A stretch of DNA of 62,998 bases, filler included, from Octopus bimaculoides (GCF_001194135.2; 5 parts of 5 records of this genome joined end to end with filler, not necessarily neighbours in it); one strand, 5' to 3'. Shown: positions 35,198 through 49,139, counted from the whole stretch's first letter. A program made the numbers and translations. The notes: a model not told the origin generated them from the sequence alone.

Positions 35198-35801
35198 GGC
35201 TAGGTCACCATGTTTTTCCTCTACAGCAACACACCTGTCCTGCCCTCTTACTTGTTAACTCTCTCTCTCCCTTTCTTCCTCTCTCTCTCCTACTCTTTCT
35301 CTCTCTTCCTCTCTCTCTCTCTCTCTCTGGCTGGGTAACCATGTACCTCCTCTACAGCAAGACACCTGTTTTTGCCTGTCTGCCTCTCTGTCACACTCTA
35401 ACCATTCTTCATCTGACACAAGATCACCTCCTCCAATGCTCCCTCCCCTCCCAAAGATTCTTTGCCTTGCAAAGTTATTTGGTGGCCCTGCCAGTGCTGG
35501 TACCACTTAGAGAGTATACAGTCTACACTGTAAAGTGGTTGGTGTTTGGAAGGGCATCCAGTTGCAAGAACCACACCAAAACTGACCTTGCTTATGCTGG
35601 TGCCACATAAAAAGCACTTGGCCTACTCTATGAAGTGGTTGGTGTTAGAACGGGCATCCAACCATAAAAATTGTGCCAAAACAGACACAGAAATATGGTG
35701 CAGGCTTCTGCCTGGTCAGTTCCTGTCAAGCTATGCCAGAATGGAAGGAAGACGTTAAACAATGATAACGACGATGATAATGATATAGATATATATATAT
35801 G

Positions 35802-35852
<51 letters not shown>

Positions 35853-37006
35853 GGTAATTTCTTGAAGGAAGGACAGTTAGACTGGCTGACCGAGGTAGAT
35901 TCGGTTATGCTTTCAGATCTGTGTCGGTGTGGAATGTTACTCGTTCATGCTTGCACAGTTTGCTAGCATAGTCAAATTTACTGCGGGAATACANNNNNNN
36001 NNNNNNNNNNNNNNNNNNNNNNNNNNNNNNNNNNNNNNNNNNNNNNNNNNNNNNNNNNNNNNNNNNNNNNNNNNNNNNNNNNNNNNNNNNNNNNNNNNNN
36101 NNNNNNNNNNNNNNNNNNNNNNNNNNNNNNNNNNNNNNNNNNNNNNNNNNNNNNNNNNNNNNNNNNNNNNNNNNNNNNNNNNNNNNNNNNNNNNNNNNNN
36201 NNNNNNNNNNNNNNNNNNNNNNNNNNNNNNNNNNNNNNNNNNNNNNNNNNNNNNNNNNNNNNNNNNNNNNNNNNNNNNNNNNNNNNNNNNNNNNNNNNNN
36301 NNNNNNNNNNNNNNNNNNNNNNNNNNNNNNNNNNNNNNNNNNNNNNNNNNNNNNNNNNNNNNNNNNNNNNNNNNNNNNNNNNNNNNNNNNNNNNNNNNNN
36401 NNNNNNNNNNNNNNNNNNNNNNNNNNNNNNNNNNNNNNNNNNNNNNNNNNNNNNNNNNNNNNNNNNNNNNNNNNNNNNNNNNNNNNNNNNNNNNNNNNNN
36501 NNNNNNNNNNNNNNNNNNNNNNNNNNNNNNNNNNNNNNNNNNNNNNNNNNNNNNNNNNNNNNNNNNNNNNNNNNNNNNNNNNNNNNNNNNNNNNNNNNNN
36601 NNNNNNNNNNNNNNNNNNNNNNNNNNNNNNNNNNNNNNNNNNNNNNNNNNNNNNNNNNNNNNNNNNNNNNNNNNNNNNNNATATATATATATATATACAT
36701 ATATATAAATAACTTTTTCAGAATGAGATAAAAATCCAAGGCTGTGAAAGATTTTAGAACACTTATAAATAGAAGGTCTTACACCAGTTTCCGGGATATT
36801 TTATATATCCCTTCATCGGAGACGGTGTGAGAAAATAGTTAAGCATAAGTGGTAAAAGAATGTGTAGTAGTAGTAGTAGCAGCAGCAGCAGCCACGGATG
36901 TATCAATAGTTGTAGTCATTTCAAATTTGAGCTGTTTTTTTCAGTGCTTCAGCTTTTAGAAATCTCTGAACTAGTGAACCTATGAACAAAAGCCTTCCAG
37001 CTGTGA

Positions 37007-37220
37007 CTCTCTTTTACTTGTTTCAATCATTTGACTGCGTCCATGCTGGAGCACCGCCTTTAGTCGAGCAAATCGACCCCAGGACTTATTCTTTGTAAGC
37101 CTTAGTACTTATTCTATCGGTCTCTTTTGCCGAACCGCTAAGTTACGGGGACGTAAACACACCAGCATCGGTTGTCAAGCGATGTTGGGGGGACAAACAC
37201 AGACACACAAACACACACAC

Positions 37221-37251
<31 letters not shown>

Positions 37252-37367
37252 CGACGGACTTCTTTCAGTTTCCGTCTACCAAATCCACTGCCCAAAGTGC
37301 CACGCAGTGGGACTGAACCCAGAACCACGTGATTGGTAAGCAAGCTACTTACCACACAGCCACTCCT
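37007..37367 (-). mobile_element. SINE family 1, young copy with an internal deletion
   Basis: CpGs are retained. AAATCCACTG is joined directly to CCCAAAGTGCC, so the central GCCTTTGGTC...AAGACAC segment is absent. Confidence 0.85.
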
Positions 37368-38023
37368 GACCATCACATTTTTATTTAAAGCAATCTTTCC
37401 TAAAATGATATTATGCAAATTGCTTGTCCTTTATCAAGACAGCAGGATGTGATTTGAGGAAAATTTAGCTGCTATTTTCATCAAGCTAGAAGCTCTTTTG
37501 TTGGCAGTATTTAATTTTGCTGACAACAATGCTTAATGCGTAACTATTTTAGTTCAGGTAATGTGTCAGCTTCAAAGAAAGTCAGCTATCATTAAGCCAA
37601 AACTTCTTGAAGATAGTATCATTAATAGCCAAAGCTAATGGATATCAATCCTTATGATAATAAAATTAAATGAATTTAAATTTTATTTCACGAAACCTCA
37701 TCCTATACATCTGATATCAGCTATGTCATAGAGGGCAGCCTTCAAATTGTGACCTATTGTTTGTATATTAAAAGCTAGGTTGTTAAGACACAAAGTAATG
37801 GTTTCTGTTTCCAGCCAGAACCTTAATTGGCTTGATTGAGTGATGATAACTTGATAAATAATTGCAACGGCAGAAATTGCCTCTTGGAAGTTGAACAATA
37901 GAGATGTTTGTGAAGAATCTTGCATCAACTCTACTGGCTTTTTGCAGTGTCATACCACAGTTGAACCAACAAAAGAACTGCTGTCTGCTAGAAATAGCAG
38001 CCAAGAGTCTCTCAGACAATTAA

Positions 38024-38219
38024 CCCATTAGCATTCAGATTACTCTGTCAAATGTAAAGCTTATTTATTCATATTGTTTTGAATTCATTATACGTTATCT
38101 CATAGCTTTGAAACTTGGATGATGTGGTTGTGTATTTTTACAATGACATTGTCAGGTAGGTGTGAGATGTTGGATCAAGTCAGTTTGAAAGTAAAAGAGG
38201 TGGTTTAAGTGCTGAAGGG
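38024..38219. mobile_element. piggyBac-like MITE
   Basis: TTAA-CCCATTAGCATT ... AAGTGCTGAAGGG-TTAA, with TSDs at 38020-38023 and 38220-38223. A fragment of the same left end occurs at about 39051-39079. Confidence 0.75.
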
Positions 38220-38629
38220 TTAAAGAAATGAATGACACAATGGGTAATGTAGCCTCAGATACAGTGAATAACAGAAAGGTCAGTTTGTTGTTCCTGGAAT
38301 AATTTTAATTATAGATCTACTTGGTCATTGCTGATATGAGGTTGCATAATATGATAATCACTGAGCAGGATCCCAGACTAATGAAGCAATATTTGCATGG
38401 ATTAATTAACCTGAGACTAAAATCCAAGGCCTCTGCCAGGGATGTAGCCAGCCCACTTATGCGTACCTTTCCTCCATTGGACACTAAACTCCGTTTGCGA
38501 AGACCTGTTGAGGCAAGTGAAATCGAAATCGAATTAAATTCGACAACTGGCCCCCATACCAACGTCTCCTCCATTGGACACTAAACTCTGCTTGCGAAGA
38601 CCTGTTGGGGCAAGCGAAAACGAAATCGT

Positions 38630-39020
38630 GATGGCACCACTGTTCGAGCGTGATCGTTACCAGCATCGCCTTCCAGGCACTTGTGCCACAGCTTCGCATT
38701 CCTGGCATTGTGCCGGTGGCACGTGAAAAGTCATTCGACAGAGATCGTTGCCAGTGCCGCTGGACTGGCTCCTGTGCAGGTGGCATGTAAAATACACCAC
38801 TTCGAGCCTGGCCTTCATGCAGGTGACACGTAAAAGCACCCACTACACTCTCAGAGTGGTTGGTGTTAAGAAGGGCATCCAGCTGTAGAAATTCTGCCAA
38901 ATCAGATTGGAGCCTGGTGCAGCCATCTGGTTCACCAGTCCTTAGTCAAATCGTCCAACCCATGCTAGCATGGAAAGTGGACGTTAAACGACGACGACGA
39001 TGATGATGATGATGATGATG
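38630..39020 (+). mobile_element. Repeat family 2, CpG-rich copy
   Basis: GGTGGCACGTGAAAAG...CACTCTCAGAGTGGTTGG...CATGCTAGCATGGAAAGTGGACGTTAAACGACGACG(GAT)n. Confidence 0.8.
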
Positions 39021-39094
39021 ATTACTTAATTTAACATGTCCTTTCGTTCTTCAGCATTCAGATTACTCTGTCAAATGTACTAGCGCTTTGTCGG

Positions 39095-39345
39095 CTACGA
39101 TGATGAGGGCTCCAGTTGATTCGATCGGAGGAACAGTCGGCTCATAACATTAACATGCAAGTGGTTGAGCCCTCCACAGACATGTGTGCCTTTTACGTAG
39201 TTCACAGGAAGATTCAGCATGACACAGGAAGTGACAAAGCTGGCCCTTTGAAACACAAGTACTATTAATTTGTCCCAACTGAGTGAACTGCAGCAACATG
39301 AAATAAAGCAACACACCAGCAGGAATGAAACTCATGACCTCACAA
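39095..39345. repeat. Dispersed repeat family 5
   Basis: Homologous to about 59700-59895 (..CACATGTACCCTTAATGTA...GTGACAAGG...CCTTT(T)GA...ACAGGTAC..). Confidence 0.55.
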
Positions 39346-39448
39346 TCATGAGCCAAATACCCCAGCCATATTATATATGTATTATATATGTAGTATATGA
39401 AGGGCTGCTGAAAAGTTCCTGGCTTTGGGTAAAAGAAGATACAGAAGA

Positions 39449-39877
39449 AGTGGCTGTGTGGTAAGTAGCTTGCTTACCAACCACATGGTTCCGGGTCCAT
39501 TCCCACTGCGTGGCACCTTGGGCAAGTGTCTTCTAATATAGCCTCGGGCAGACCAAAGCCTTGTGAGTGGATTTGGTAGACGGAAACTGAAAGAAGCCCG
39601 TCGTATATATGTATATCTATATATATAAAAATGAAAATGTGTGTCTGTCTGTCTGTCTGTCTGTGTGACTCCCNNNNNNNNNNNNNNNNNNNNNNNNNNN
39701 NNNNNNNNNNNNNNNNNTTAATTAATTAANNNNNNNNNNNNNNNNNNNNNNNNNNNNNNNNNNNNNNNNNNNNCTGCGTGGCACCTTGGGCAAGTGTCTT
39801 CTACTATGGCCTCGGGCCAACCAAAGCCTTGTGAGTGGATTTGGTAGACAGAAACTGAAAGAAGCCCATCGTATATA

Positions 39878-39910
<33 letters not shown>

Positions 39911-40105
39911 CTGTCTGTTTGTCCCCCCAACATCGCTTGACAACCAATGCTGGCATGTTTATGTCCCCGTAACTTAGCGGTTCGACAAAAGAGACCAATA
40001 GAATAAGTACTAGGCTTACAAAGAATAAGTCCTGGGGTCGATTTGCTCGACTAAAGATGGTGCTCCAGCATGGCCGCAGTCAAATGATTGAAACAAGTAA
40101 AAGAA
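39449..40105 (+). mobile_element. SINE family 1: two partial copies either side of a gap (39449-39640 and 39775-40105)
   Basis: Head and 5' body lie before the gap; body and 3' end lie after it. The overlapping segments differ at several positions. Confidence 0.8.
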
Positions 40106-41881
40106 TATGTATATATATGTATGTATGTAGTCAATTCAAATAAACAAACAATTCACATGAACAGATAAAAAACAAAAATAAAAGGAAAGCAACGAATATG
40201 AGGAAGTGCACAAGAAGTATATTTGCATGGAGCTCCATGCGAGGAGAGAATTTAACGTTTTGAGCATTGCTCTTAATCAGAAAAGAGAAAGGGAAAAATC
40301 CAAAGAAGGAGGAGCAGAAGAAATCGTCAACAGCACATGTGTAGTTACATATATATATATATATATACAGTGAGGCGAAGCTGGAAACGATCATGCTCAA
40401 ATGGTGCTTTTTACATGCCACCGGCATGGAAGTGAGACTGCTGCTCTGGCAGTGATCCTGTCAGTTAGCACTCCACTGGCACGGGTGCCAGTCATAGAAT
40501 TTGGTTCATCGAATTTTGGTTCAGTCTGATTTGGCATAGTTTTCTACAGTTGTATGCCCTTCCTAATCTCAACCACTCCAAGAGTGTAATGGTTACTTTT
40601 ACATGCCACCGGCATGGGTACCATTTGCATGACACCGGGGTGCTTTTACGTGTCACAGGCACCAATTTGTGCGACACCCATATCTGCCACAACTGCGATC
40701 TTGCTTAGCTTGATGGGTCTTCTTTTCAAGCACGGCAAAATGCCAAAGGTCTTGATCATTGCCTCCATGAGGCCCAACGCTTGAAAGGAACTCAACCAAT
40801 TTGCCACTGTGAGGCCCAATTTAATTATCAAAATTCATACCATTGTCCCATTTTCATTATTTCCTTTAGCTTATCTTATTATAAATTACCTTATGCATTC
40901 GTCTTTCATTTAAGATTGTGAGGTATAATTTGAGGGAGGGATATTTCAGTTACAATTTCTAGCAGAGCAGTCAACCAAGTAGAATCTTTTTCATTGGTTC
41001 ATTTCTGAAAGAGATTCTAAAAAAACTATTAGTTAAATACTGTCAAGTATTTACTTTCATCCCTTTAATATTCAATTTCATACCCAATTAGGGTTTGACA
41101 TTGGGTTGATAACATAAACAAACATCAGTCATAAACAAGATTTGATTCTAGTGTCTATACCCATCCTTTCTGACAAATACGTGATTTTGTGTGAACTTTG
41201 GTCATTATACATTTAATTCTAATTTTAATAATAATAATAATAATATTTTCTTGAATAAATAAATCAATATTAATTTGGCCAGCAATTTTAGTAGTCACAA
41301 AAGAAAGCGGATACCGACACACAATGCCCTCGTGCATATGCATCATCAAAACATAGAATGGTTTTGGTTGTTAAAGAAAAATTATCTTCCAATCTTTAAT
41401 GAAAAAAAAAACAATAAAAATGCAAACGTACAAATGTAAAAAAAAAATATTTAAAAAAGAACAAAGAAAAATTCTGAAGGAATACCAAATACCAAAATGA
41501 AATGGGCGGTGAGAGAAAACAGATTTCATCAAAATGACAAAAGATCTAAGAATATGGAAAGTGACAATGCTTTAACGCAAAGAAAACAATCAATAGACTT
41601 CAAACCCAGATATTTGCAGCCATGCATCTTCAATAAACAAGAGTGATGACAAGTTCCAGGAAGGCGTATTTTGGTCAAAAGAAATAAATCAAGGAGAATA
41701 TAACGCTACACAGTTTACAGTTGAATGAAAATATAATAAGAAGAATGATAATAATAATAATAATCCTTTCTATTATAGGCACAAGGTCTGAAATTTGGGG
41801 GAGGGAAGGTCAGTTACATCGACCCCCAGCACATCATTAGACGATGATGTTGATGATGATGATATTGATGATATATATGTA

Positions 41882-41936
<55 letters not shown>

Positions 41937-42026
41937 TAATATCGAAGGGTAATAGGAATATTAGAAATTTCTACCACCAGTGGCCTAGTGTGCAAAAGTT
42001 TAGTCCATAGACTATATTTTTCTACA

Positions 42027-42148
42027 TATAAATACAGTGTAGATTTAAACACAGTGTACATTTAAACATCATAGGATTCTCTCACGCTAGCATGAGGGAA
42101 ACCTATGATGGATACCTCTTATGTGTTTAAATGTACACTGCATTTATA
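42027..42148. repeat. Nested inverted repeat (cruciform-like)
   Basis: 42052-42068 pairs perfectly with 42124-42140 (17 bp). The inner stem CATCATAGG/CCTATGATG is at 42067-42075 and 42102-42110. An outer duplicate, 42027-42053, pairs with 42122-42148 at 25 of 27 positions. Confidence 0.85.
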
Positions 42149-42661
42149 TATATAAATATACCAAACTACTTTATATACATATATATATATAAATATACTG
42201 GACTACTTGGTAAAAATTATTAATTATTAATTTATTAATAAATTAATAATCCTTTACCCTATATCTGTAATGATTATTCACTTCCTGATAGTAAACCGCA
42301 GATTTTTTGCGGTACTGTTTTTGACCCACATGGTGATTCTTGAGGATGGATATAGACTGCCTTGCCTATATAAATTCGGAAATGCTGCTTTTGTTATGTG
42401 ATGCGTGATGTCGCCTGGTCGAGCATACATGGTTTTTGCCAGCATTTTCAAATTTATAACCTAGAATATCATACTGACGACGGAAATGAATTTTTTTACT
42501 ATTCTGATCCAGAAACATATTTATAATTGACTAAGACTGGTTAGTTTCATTATTTTTGTCTTCTTATGTTGCCTTTGTGCGTTATAAGTATTGCTATCTG
42601 TTGGAGACTTATTGTCGTAGTAGAATTAGCACTTTAACTGCTATTTCTAAATTTCAGTATG

Positions 42662-43052
42662 TGCTGAAGCAACTGTTGCTGATCCCCACATGGTTCTGGG
42701 TTCATTCCCACTGTGTGGCACCTTGGGCAAGTGTCTTCTACTATAGCCTCGGGCCGACCAAAGCCTTGTGAGTGGATTTGGTAGACGGAAACTGAAAGAA
42801 GCCTGTCGTATATATGTATATATATATATATGTATGTCTGTGTATGTATGTCTGTGTTTGTCCCCCCAACATCGCTTCATAACTGATGGTGGTGTGTTTA
42901 CATCCCCGTAACTTAGTGGTTCGGCAAAAGAGACCAATAGAATAAGTACTAGGCATCCAAAGAATAAGTCCTGGGGTCAATTTACTCGACTAAAGGCAGT
43001 GCTCCAGCATGGCCACACTCAAACGACTGAAAAAAGTAAAAGAGTAAAAGAG
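42662..43052 (+). mobile_element. SINE family 1
   Basis: Diverged head with a typical body and 3' end. Confidence 0.85.
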
Positions 43053-43084
<32 letters not shown>

Positions 43085-43539
43085 CACACACACATATATA
43101 CTCCTGTATATATATTTTTATGCACACATATATACATGCACACATGCACAGACACAAAGACACTTGTAAATACACACACACTCACACACACACAAAGACA
43201 CACGGTCAAATTTACAAGTATATAGACACAGAATAAGCTACACACAACATACATATGTGAATATAAGATTATCTGACCATCTTGTTTCTTGTGTTTCATT
43301 ACTCGCTCTTTATTATGCTATTGTTTATAATATAAAAGTCTGCTTTCTTGTGGTCAACTTGACCTAGACTGCTACTATAAGTCATCTGTTTATTCTGGCA
43401 ATTCTCTGGGCTCATCAAAGACATGGCTGAGGTCAAATCACAGAGGAAGTGCCATCAAGATTGCTAACACATCACAACAGCTGCTCTGTGATCATTTCCT
43501 CTCTAGGGGACAGTAAGATCCCTTGGAAAATAAAGTGTA

Positions 43540-43980
43540 TGAAAAAATATAAGTAAATAAAAGAAATTGAGTGATATAAGCGGGAGAGGGAGGGAAAAGA
43601 AAGAAGAGAGAGAGAGAGAGATGCTTGTTGGAAATGTTGAATAGTTAGAAGAGTGTGTATAGATGAAGAAAGAAAGAGTGAATGAAAGGAAAGAGAGAAA
43701 GGAAGGAAGAAATAAAATAAAGGAAGAATGAGAGGGGGAAAGAAAGTAGGGACAGAAGGAAAGAGAAAGAAAGAAAGAACAGAAAGATGGAGAGAAATGA
43801 AGAAAATATGAAAGAAAGGCAGAAAGAAAGAATGAACAAATGAAAGAAAGAAAGAAAGATGAAATGGAAATGGAGAACAATGAAATAGATGTGGATGTTG
43901 TACATTCCTCAAGAGAGAGAGACAGAAAGAGAGATACACAGAGTGAGAGAGAGAGAGAAGAGAGGAACTGTGTCAGGGGA
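43540..43980 (+). repeat. Polypurine (GA/GAAA-rich) tract
   Basis: Strongly strand-asymmetric A/G-rich sequence; a similar tract lies at about 45690-45870. Confidence 0.85.
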
Positions 43981-44560
43981 AAATGTTGTGCAAGTTTTTA
44001 ACAATTCATCCTAGACAGAATTGTTAATATTCAAGAAATGAATGTAATAGATTCGTGTGTGTTTAAATAATTAAAAGGTCTCTTCTACAAAAGAACATTG
44101 TGATAAGGATGCAGTTGTAACTTTGAGCCTAAAGAGGTTTGCTTTGTCAGCCACATGCTTTGGGGTTCAATCTCACTACATGGTATCTCAAGCAAGAGTC
44201 ATCTACTATGGCCTCTGGCCAACGAAAGCCTTGTCAGCAAATTTGTTACACAGAAACTGAATGACCTCCGTTGCTTACATAAACAGACATCTCAAAAGTA
44301 AATAGATTCATTTCTTTATACTGTTTTATCTGTGCAGACACTACTAATTAGTATGATGCCCAAACAGGCTAAAATCATTAAAAACTACTCAAGGTCAGGT
44401 CAGGTCAGGTCGGATATGAGGTTATGCACCATTGAAATGCATCATTGCATCCACCATTTGTGAGTATTAGCTCAAGTGGAACCAGGCAACTCTCAGAGCA
44501 GTGACCCAGTCAGTCCCTCCATCTCTGCAAGGGTGGAGGTGTATGGCTTAGTGGTTTGGG

Positions 44561-44889
44561 CAGCATTTTTCAACCGGGGTTCCCCAGAACCCCAGGGCTC
44601 CACAAAAGTTTCTTAGGAGTTCCGCGAGAAAGAGCGAGATAAGCTAATACTAATTTCATGATTGTAATATTACTATACATGCACAACATATCATTGATTA
44701 TTGGAATATTGTATTATAGACATCAACCTTTTTAACCTATTGTGCTGTCAAAAAATATAACAAATATATGATATTTACCACATGAACTACGATGAAAAAA
44801 AATATAAGAAAGATATAGGGTATAATTATTATTTTTTTTTTTGTGCAGGGGTTTCTTGAGACATGTAATTTATTTTAAGGGTTATGCAA
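44561..44889 (+). mobile_element. hAT-like element left part, running into an N gap
   Basis: Begins CAGCATTTTTCAACCGGGGTTCCCCAGAACCC...GTTCCGCGAG, a Charlie-type terminus and subterminus. Confidence 0.45.
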
Positions 44890-45299
44890 NNNNNNNNNNN
44901 NNNNNNNNNNNNNNNNNNNNNNNNNNNNNNNNNNNNNNNNNNNNNNNNNNNNNNNNNNNNNNNNNNNNNNNNNNNNNNNNNNNNNNNNNNNNNNNNNNNN
45001 NNNNNNNNNNNNNNNNNNNNNNNNNNNNNNNNNNNNNNNNNNNNNNNNNNNNNNNNNNNNNNNNNNNNNNNNNNNNNNNNNNNNNNNNNNNNNNNNNNNN
45101 NNNNNNNNNNNNNNNNNNNNNNNNNNNNNNNNNNNNNNNNNNNNNNNNNNNNNNNNNNNNNNNNNNNNNNNNNNNNNNNNNNNNNNNNNNNNNNNNNNNN
45201 NNNNNNNNNNNNNNNNNNNNNNNNNNNNNNNNNNNNNNNNNNNNNNNNNNNNNNNNNNNNNNNNNNNNNNNNNNNNNNNNNNNNNNNNNNNNNNNNNNN

Positions 45300-45338
<39 letters not shown>

Positions 45339-46161
45339 GTCTCCTTGTAAGCGACTATCACCATTTTACAAGCAGCATCCTTCAGTTTCAATCTGCCATG
45401 TAAACATGTCTGACCATGGCAAAATATTACCTTGCTTAGACACATGCGAGGGTTGGTGACAGAAGAGGCATCTAGAACATGAAGAAAAAGAGAAAGAGAA
45501 GGTGAAGCAAGAGAGAGAGAGAGAGAGAGAGATAGAAAGAAATTGTGTCAGTGAGCAATTGCAACAAAACTTCTTAACACTTCATAATAGACAATATCAT
45601 TAATATACAAGTGACTGAACCAGTTTTCTTCTTTTTTTAAACTTTTGTGAGCATGTATGTATGTGTTCGTATATAGCTAAGATGTCTTCTACAGTGTAAA
45701 AAAAATAGAATGAAAATAAAGGGAAAGAGGGGAAAAAGGAAGAGAGTGAGAGTGAAGGAAATGACAAGATATGGAAAGATATAAAAGTATGGATGAATAG
45801 ATAAAACAAAAAAAGTTAGATTGAAAGAAAGTATGGGAGGAAGAGAAAGACAGAAAGAAAGAAAAACAGTAAGGGAGCTAGTTGTAAATCTGCCACAATA
45901 GTCAGATAAATGGAAGAGTATTCCGGATTCTATCCAACATTCCAAATATTTTAGACTCTACAGCTCCTGTCCATTGCCAAAACCAATATCTCTGCTAGAT
46001 TGTCTTATCATTGTTTTGTTTGTTTTTTTTTCTGAACCATATTATTTATGCTATTTTATGTATGTTTGTGTGCCTGCATATGTTTGCCTACATACGTGTG
46101 TATACATACATACACACACACAGACACACACACACATAAAGATAGACAGATAGACATATCG

Positions 46162-46203
<42 letters not shown>

Positions 46204-47233
46204 TATATATATAATGTGTGTGTACACAAGTATGTGTGTGAGTTTGTGTCTGTTTATGTGTGATTTTATAGGATTTTTTTTTGGTGGGGGGGGTTCTTTC
46301 TTACCAGTGTCTTATTTGTTGCTGTTGTTATACTTTTTTCCAATTGTTGTTGTATTTCTTTGAAATGGTAATGTTGGTTCTCAATTGGATACTGACAGAG
46401 CAAAAGAAAAACAACACGGACACCACTTCCTTTGCTAATGTCATACAATCTTATTCTTTTTATATTTTTATCTTCTTTTTCTGTCACTTTCCTCTTGAAA
46501 GAAAGAATCATATATTTGCATACTCTTGTATATATATATACATGTATATATGTATGTATGTATATATATATATGTGGGGGGGGGGTGTATATATATGTAT
46601 ATATATATATACATATACATATACATATAGGTATATATATATATATTTATATATATACATATATTTGTATATATATATATATATATATATACATATANNN
46701 NNNNNNNNNNNNNNNNNNNNNNNNNNNNNNNNNNNNNNNNNNNNNNNNNNNNNNNNNNNNNNNNNNNNNNNNNNNNNNNNNNNNNNNNNNNNNNNNNNNN
46801 NNNNNNNNNNNNNNNNNNNNNNNNNNNNNNNNNNNNNNNNNNNNNNNNNNNNNNNNNNNNNNNNNNNNNNNNNNNNNNNNNNNNNNNNNNNNNNNNNNNN
46901 NNNNNNNNNNNNNNNNNNNNNNNNNNNNNNNNNNNNNNNNNNNNNNNNNNNNNNNNNNNNNNNNNNNNNNNNNNNNNNNNNNNNNNNNNNNNNNNNNNNN
47001 NNNNNNNNNNNNNNNNNNNNNNNNNNNNNNNNNNNNNNNNNNNNNNNNNNNNNNNNNNNNNNNNNNNNNNNNNNNNNNNNNNNNNNNNNNNNNNNNNNNN
47101 NNNNNNNNNNNNNNNNNNNNNNNNNNNNNNNNNNNNNNNNNNNNNNNNNNNNNNNNNNNNNNNNNNNNNNNNNNNNNNNNNNNNNNNNNNNNNNNNNNNN
47201 NNNNNNNNNNNNNNNNNNNNNNNNNNNNNNNNN

Positions 47234-47268
<35 letters not shown>

Positions 47269-48076
47269 CAATATGGACAGCAGTGTGTACTGTGTTACCA
47301 AAAAAGAAAACTATAATTGTCATTAAACATAACTGGGGTATTAGAACATCTAAGTTACTCTTATTTCTCTTATATCTAATCATATTTAGTGAGAATTATA
47401 TATATCTATATATACATATATACAAATTCAGTGTGTGTTGCATTCCATTATTTGATGAATGAAAAAACATGTATAAACAAACGATGTAACATATACCGAA
47501 TGTACATTTTTACATTCGGTATATGTTATATCATTTTTTTGTACATTTTTTCATTTATATATATATATATATAATTATAATTTTCTTTCAAAAAACATAG
47601 ATAGCATAGAAGTGCTGAAGTTGAACCCAAGGCACTAGACAAGTATAACAGATGCAATAGAAAAGGCTCAAATCGGGCAGACTATGATTAACCCTAAGAA
47701 ATTAACTTACATAGCCTTGGTCAGTCCGAGGCTATAGTAGATGAGATTTTCCCATGGTGCCATGCAGTGGGACTGAACCAGGAACCATATGGTTTGGAAG
47801 CAAACTTCTTACTACACAGCCATTCCTGTGAAACAACTTGTGTTTGTATCAAGTAGCAGAAATTCTGAAAATGTAACAAAGCACAATATTGAAGTCAAGT
47901 TCTCTTGCAATCTTGGGTTTTGGTAGAGGCACTAATAATGAGGGCCAAGTAAAAATTATTCTGGTCATTGTTTTCATTGTCATTGTCATCATCTTAACGT
48001 CTTCTTTTCCATACTTACAGGAGTCAGACCAAATGTGTTGAGGCAAATTAGGGCCATATGCCCATCCGTTCACTAA

Positions 48077-48220
48077 ACCTCACTTGTTTCCAAGCTAGGT
48101 AATATTTCTCCATAGCTGGACATGTTTTCATGGAAAACTGGAAACAAACGACACTGCATATATGACAGTGACACTTGTTTACAACAATAATGCAATGTCA
48201 AGACAAAGAGACACCATCTC
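48077..48220 (+). repeat. Dispersed repeat family 6
   Basis: TGTTTCCAAGC..GTAATATTTCTCCAT...ACATGTTTTCA...TTTACAAC...CAATGTCAAGA also occurs at about 3420-3560. Confidence 0.6.
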
Positions 48221-49139
48221 ACACATCCAAATAATCACACACCCACATATACACTGAGCTTCTTTCAGTTTCCAACTACCAAAAACACTCTCAAGGCTTG
48301 ATTGGCTGTAGTAGAGGATACCCTTCATCATGATCTGATTAGGTAACTTGTCTGGACCAAAGCTGTGCTTCCATGTCAGATTTTCAAACTGGATGAAGTG
48401 GTTTGAATGTTTGGCTTGGTTTTTTAAGTCATGTTGGTTTTTCACTAGCTGAATTCATTCATCTGTGCATGCCATGATTACAGATGAGAGCAATTGCTTG
48501 CTGAATAAACTGGTTGATCCTGGCTGTCGACAGTTTCTTGTCTGTTCATCTGCTCAGCATTTAATGATATTCACCATTGATTCAATAAGGTCATTCACCA
48601 AAACAGTTAACATCTACCATGCTGCACCTTATGATCTCAATATACTCTGCTTGGCTCAGGTGGTTACGTATTGTTTAACCTATAGCTGGGACCTGACAAA
48701 ATCCTATTACTTTGAATCAGAAAAAGACATATGAACAATTTTGGCTAAGAAGTGGTTCCACACTACTCAAACCCTGGAACTCCTGAATCAGGGCCCCATT
48801 ATCGGATGCAGTTTAATGCCATACCCAATACAAAATACACGCTTAATCAGATCTCATTATGTTAATGTTATGTTAAAATATTCTTAAATCTACCAGTGTA
48901 GCAGATTTATGAAGACATTATTGATTTTTATTTAGTTCTCCTATTTCTTTATATATTTATGTTCATCTTATCAGGCATTTTGTGTTGTTTTCTCCTCTTT
49001 TATTCTTTTTTTCTTTTTTGTTCTGTATTTTTTTTCATTTTGCTTTCTTTGATCTGCGTTGTCTGTTCTTGTTTCATTGTTGTTGAAATGTTTTTTGCCG
49101 TTGTTACAAATATAAATATAATAAAAAAACAATTCTTCC

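Noticed and set aside
37698-38019. Non-repetitive ORFs at 37698-37928 and 37783-38019 (also 10182-10379 and 38317-38574)
   Set aside because: No recognisable domain or convincing splice sites were found, and parts overlap dispersed repeats.
44392-44412. (AGGTC)n resembling tandem nuclear-receptor half-sites
   Set aside because: It is a short pentanucleotide repeat in a microsatellite-rich genome, with no other support.
48281-48800. Possible RT or mariner remnant (VNDL...C*ADE, GVP, TDE*)
   Set aside because: The motifs are short, their spacing is inconsistent with RT domain order, and no coherent frame could be read. It needs an HMM search.
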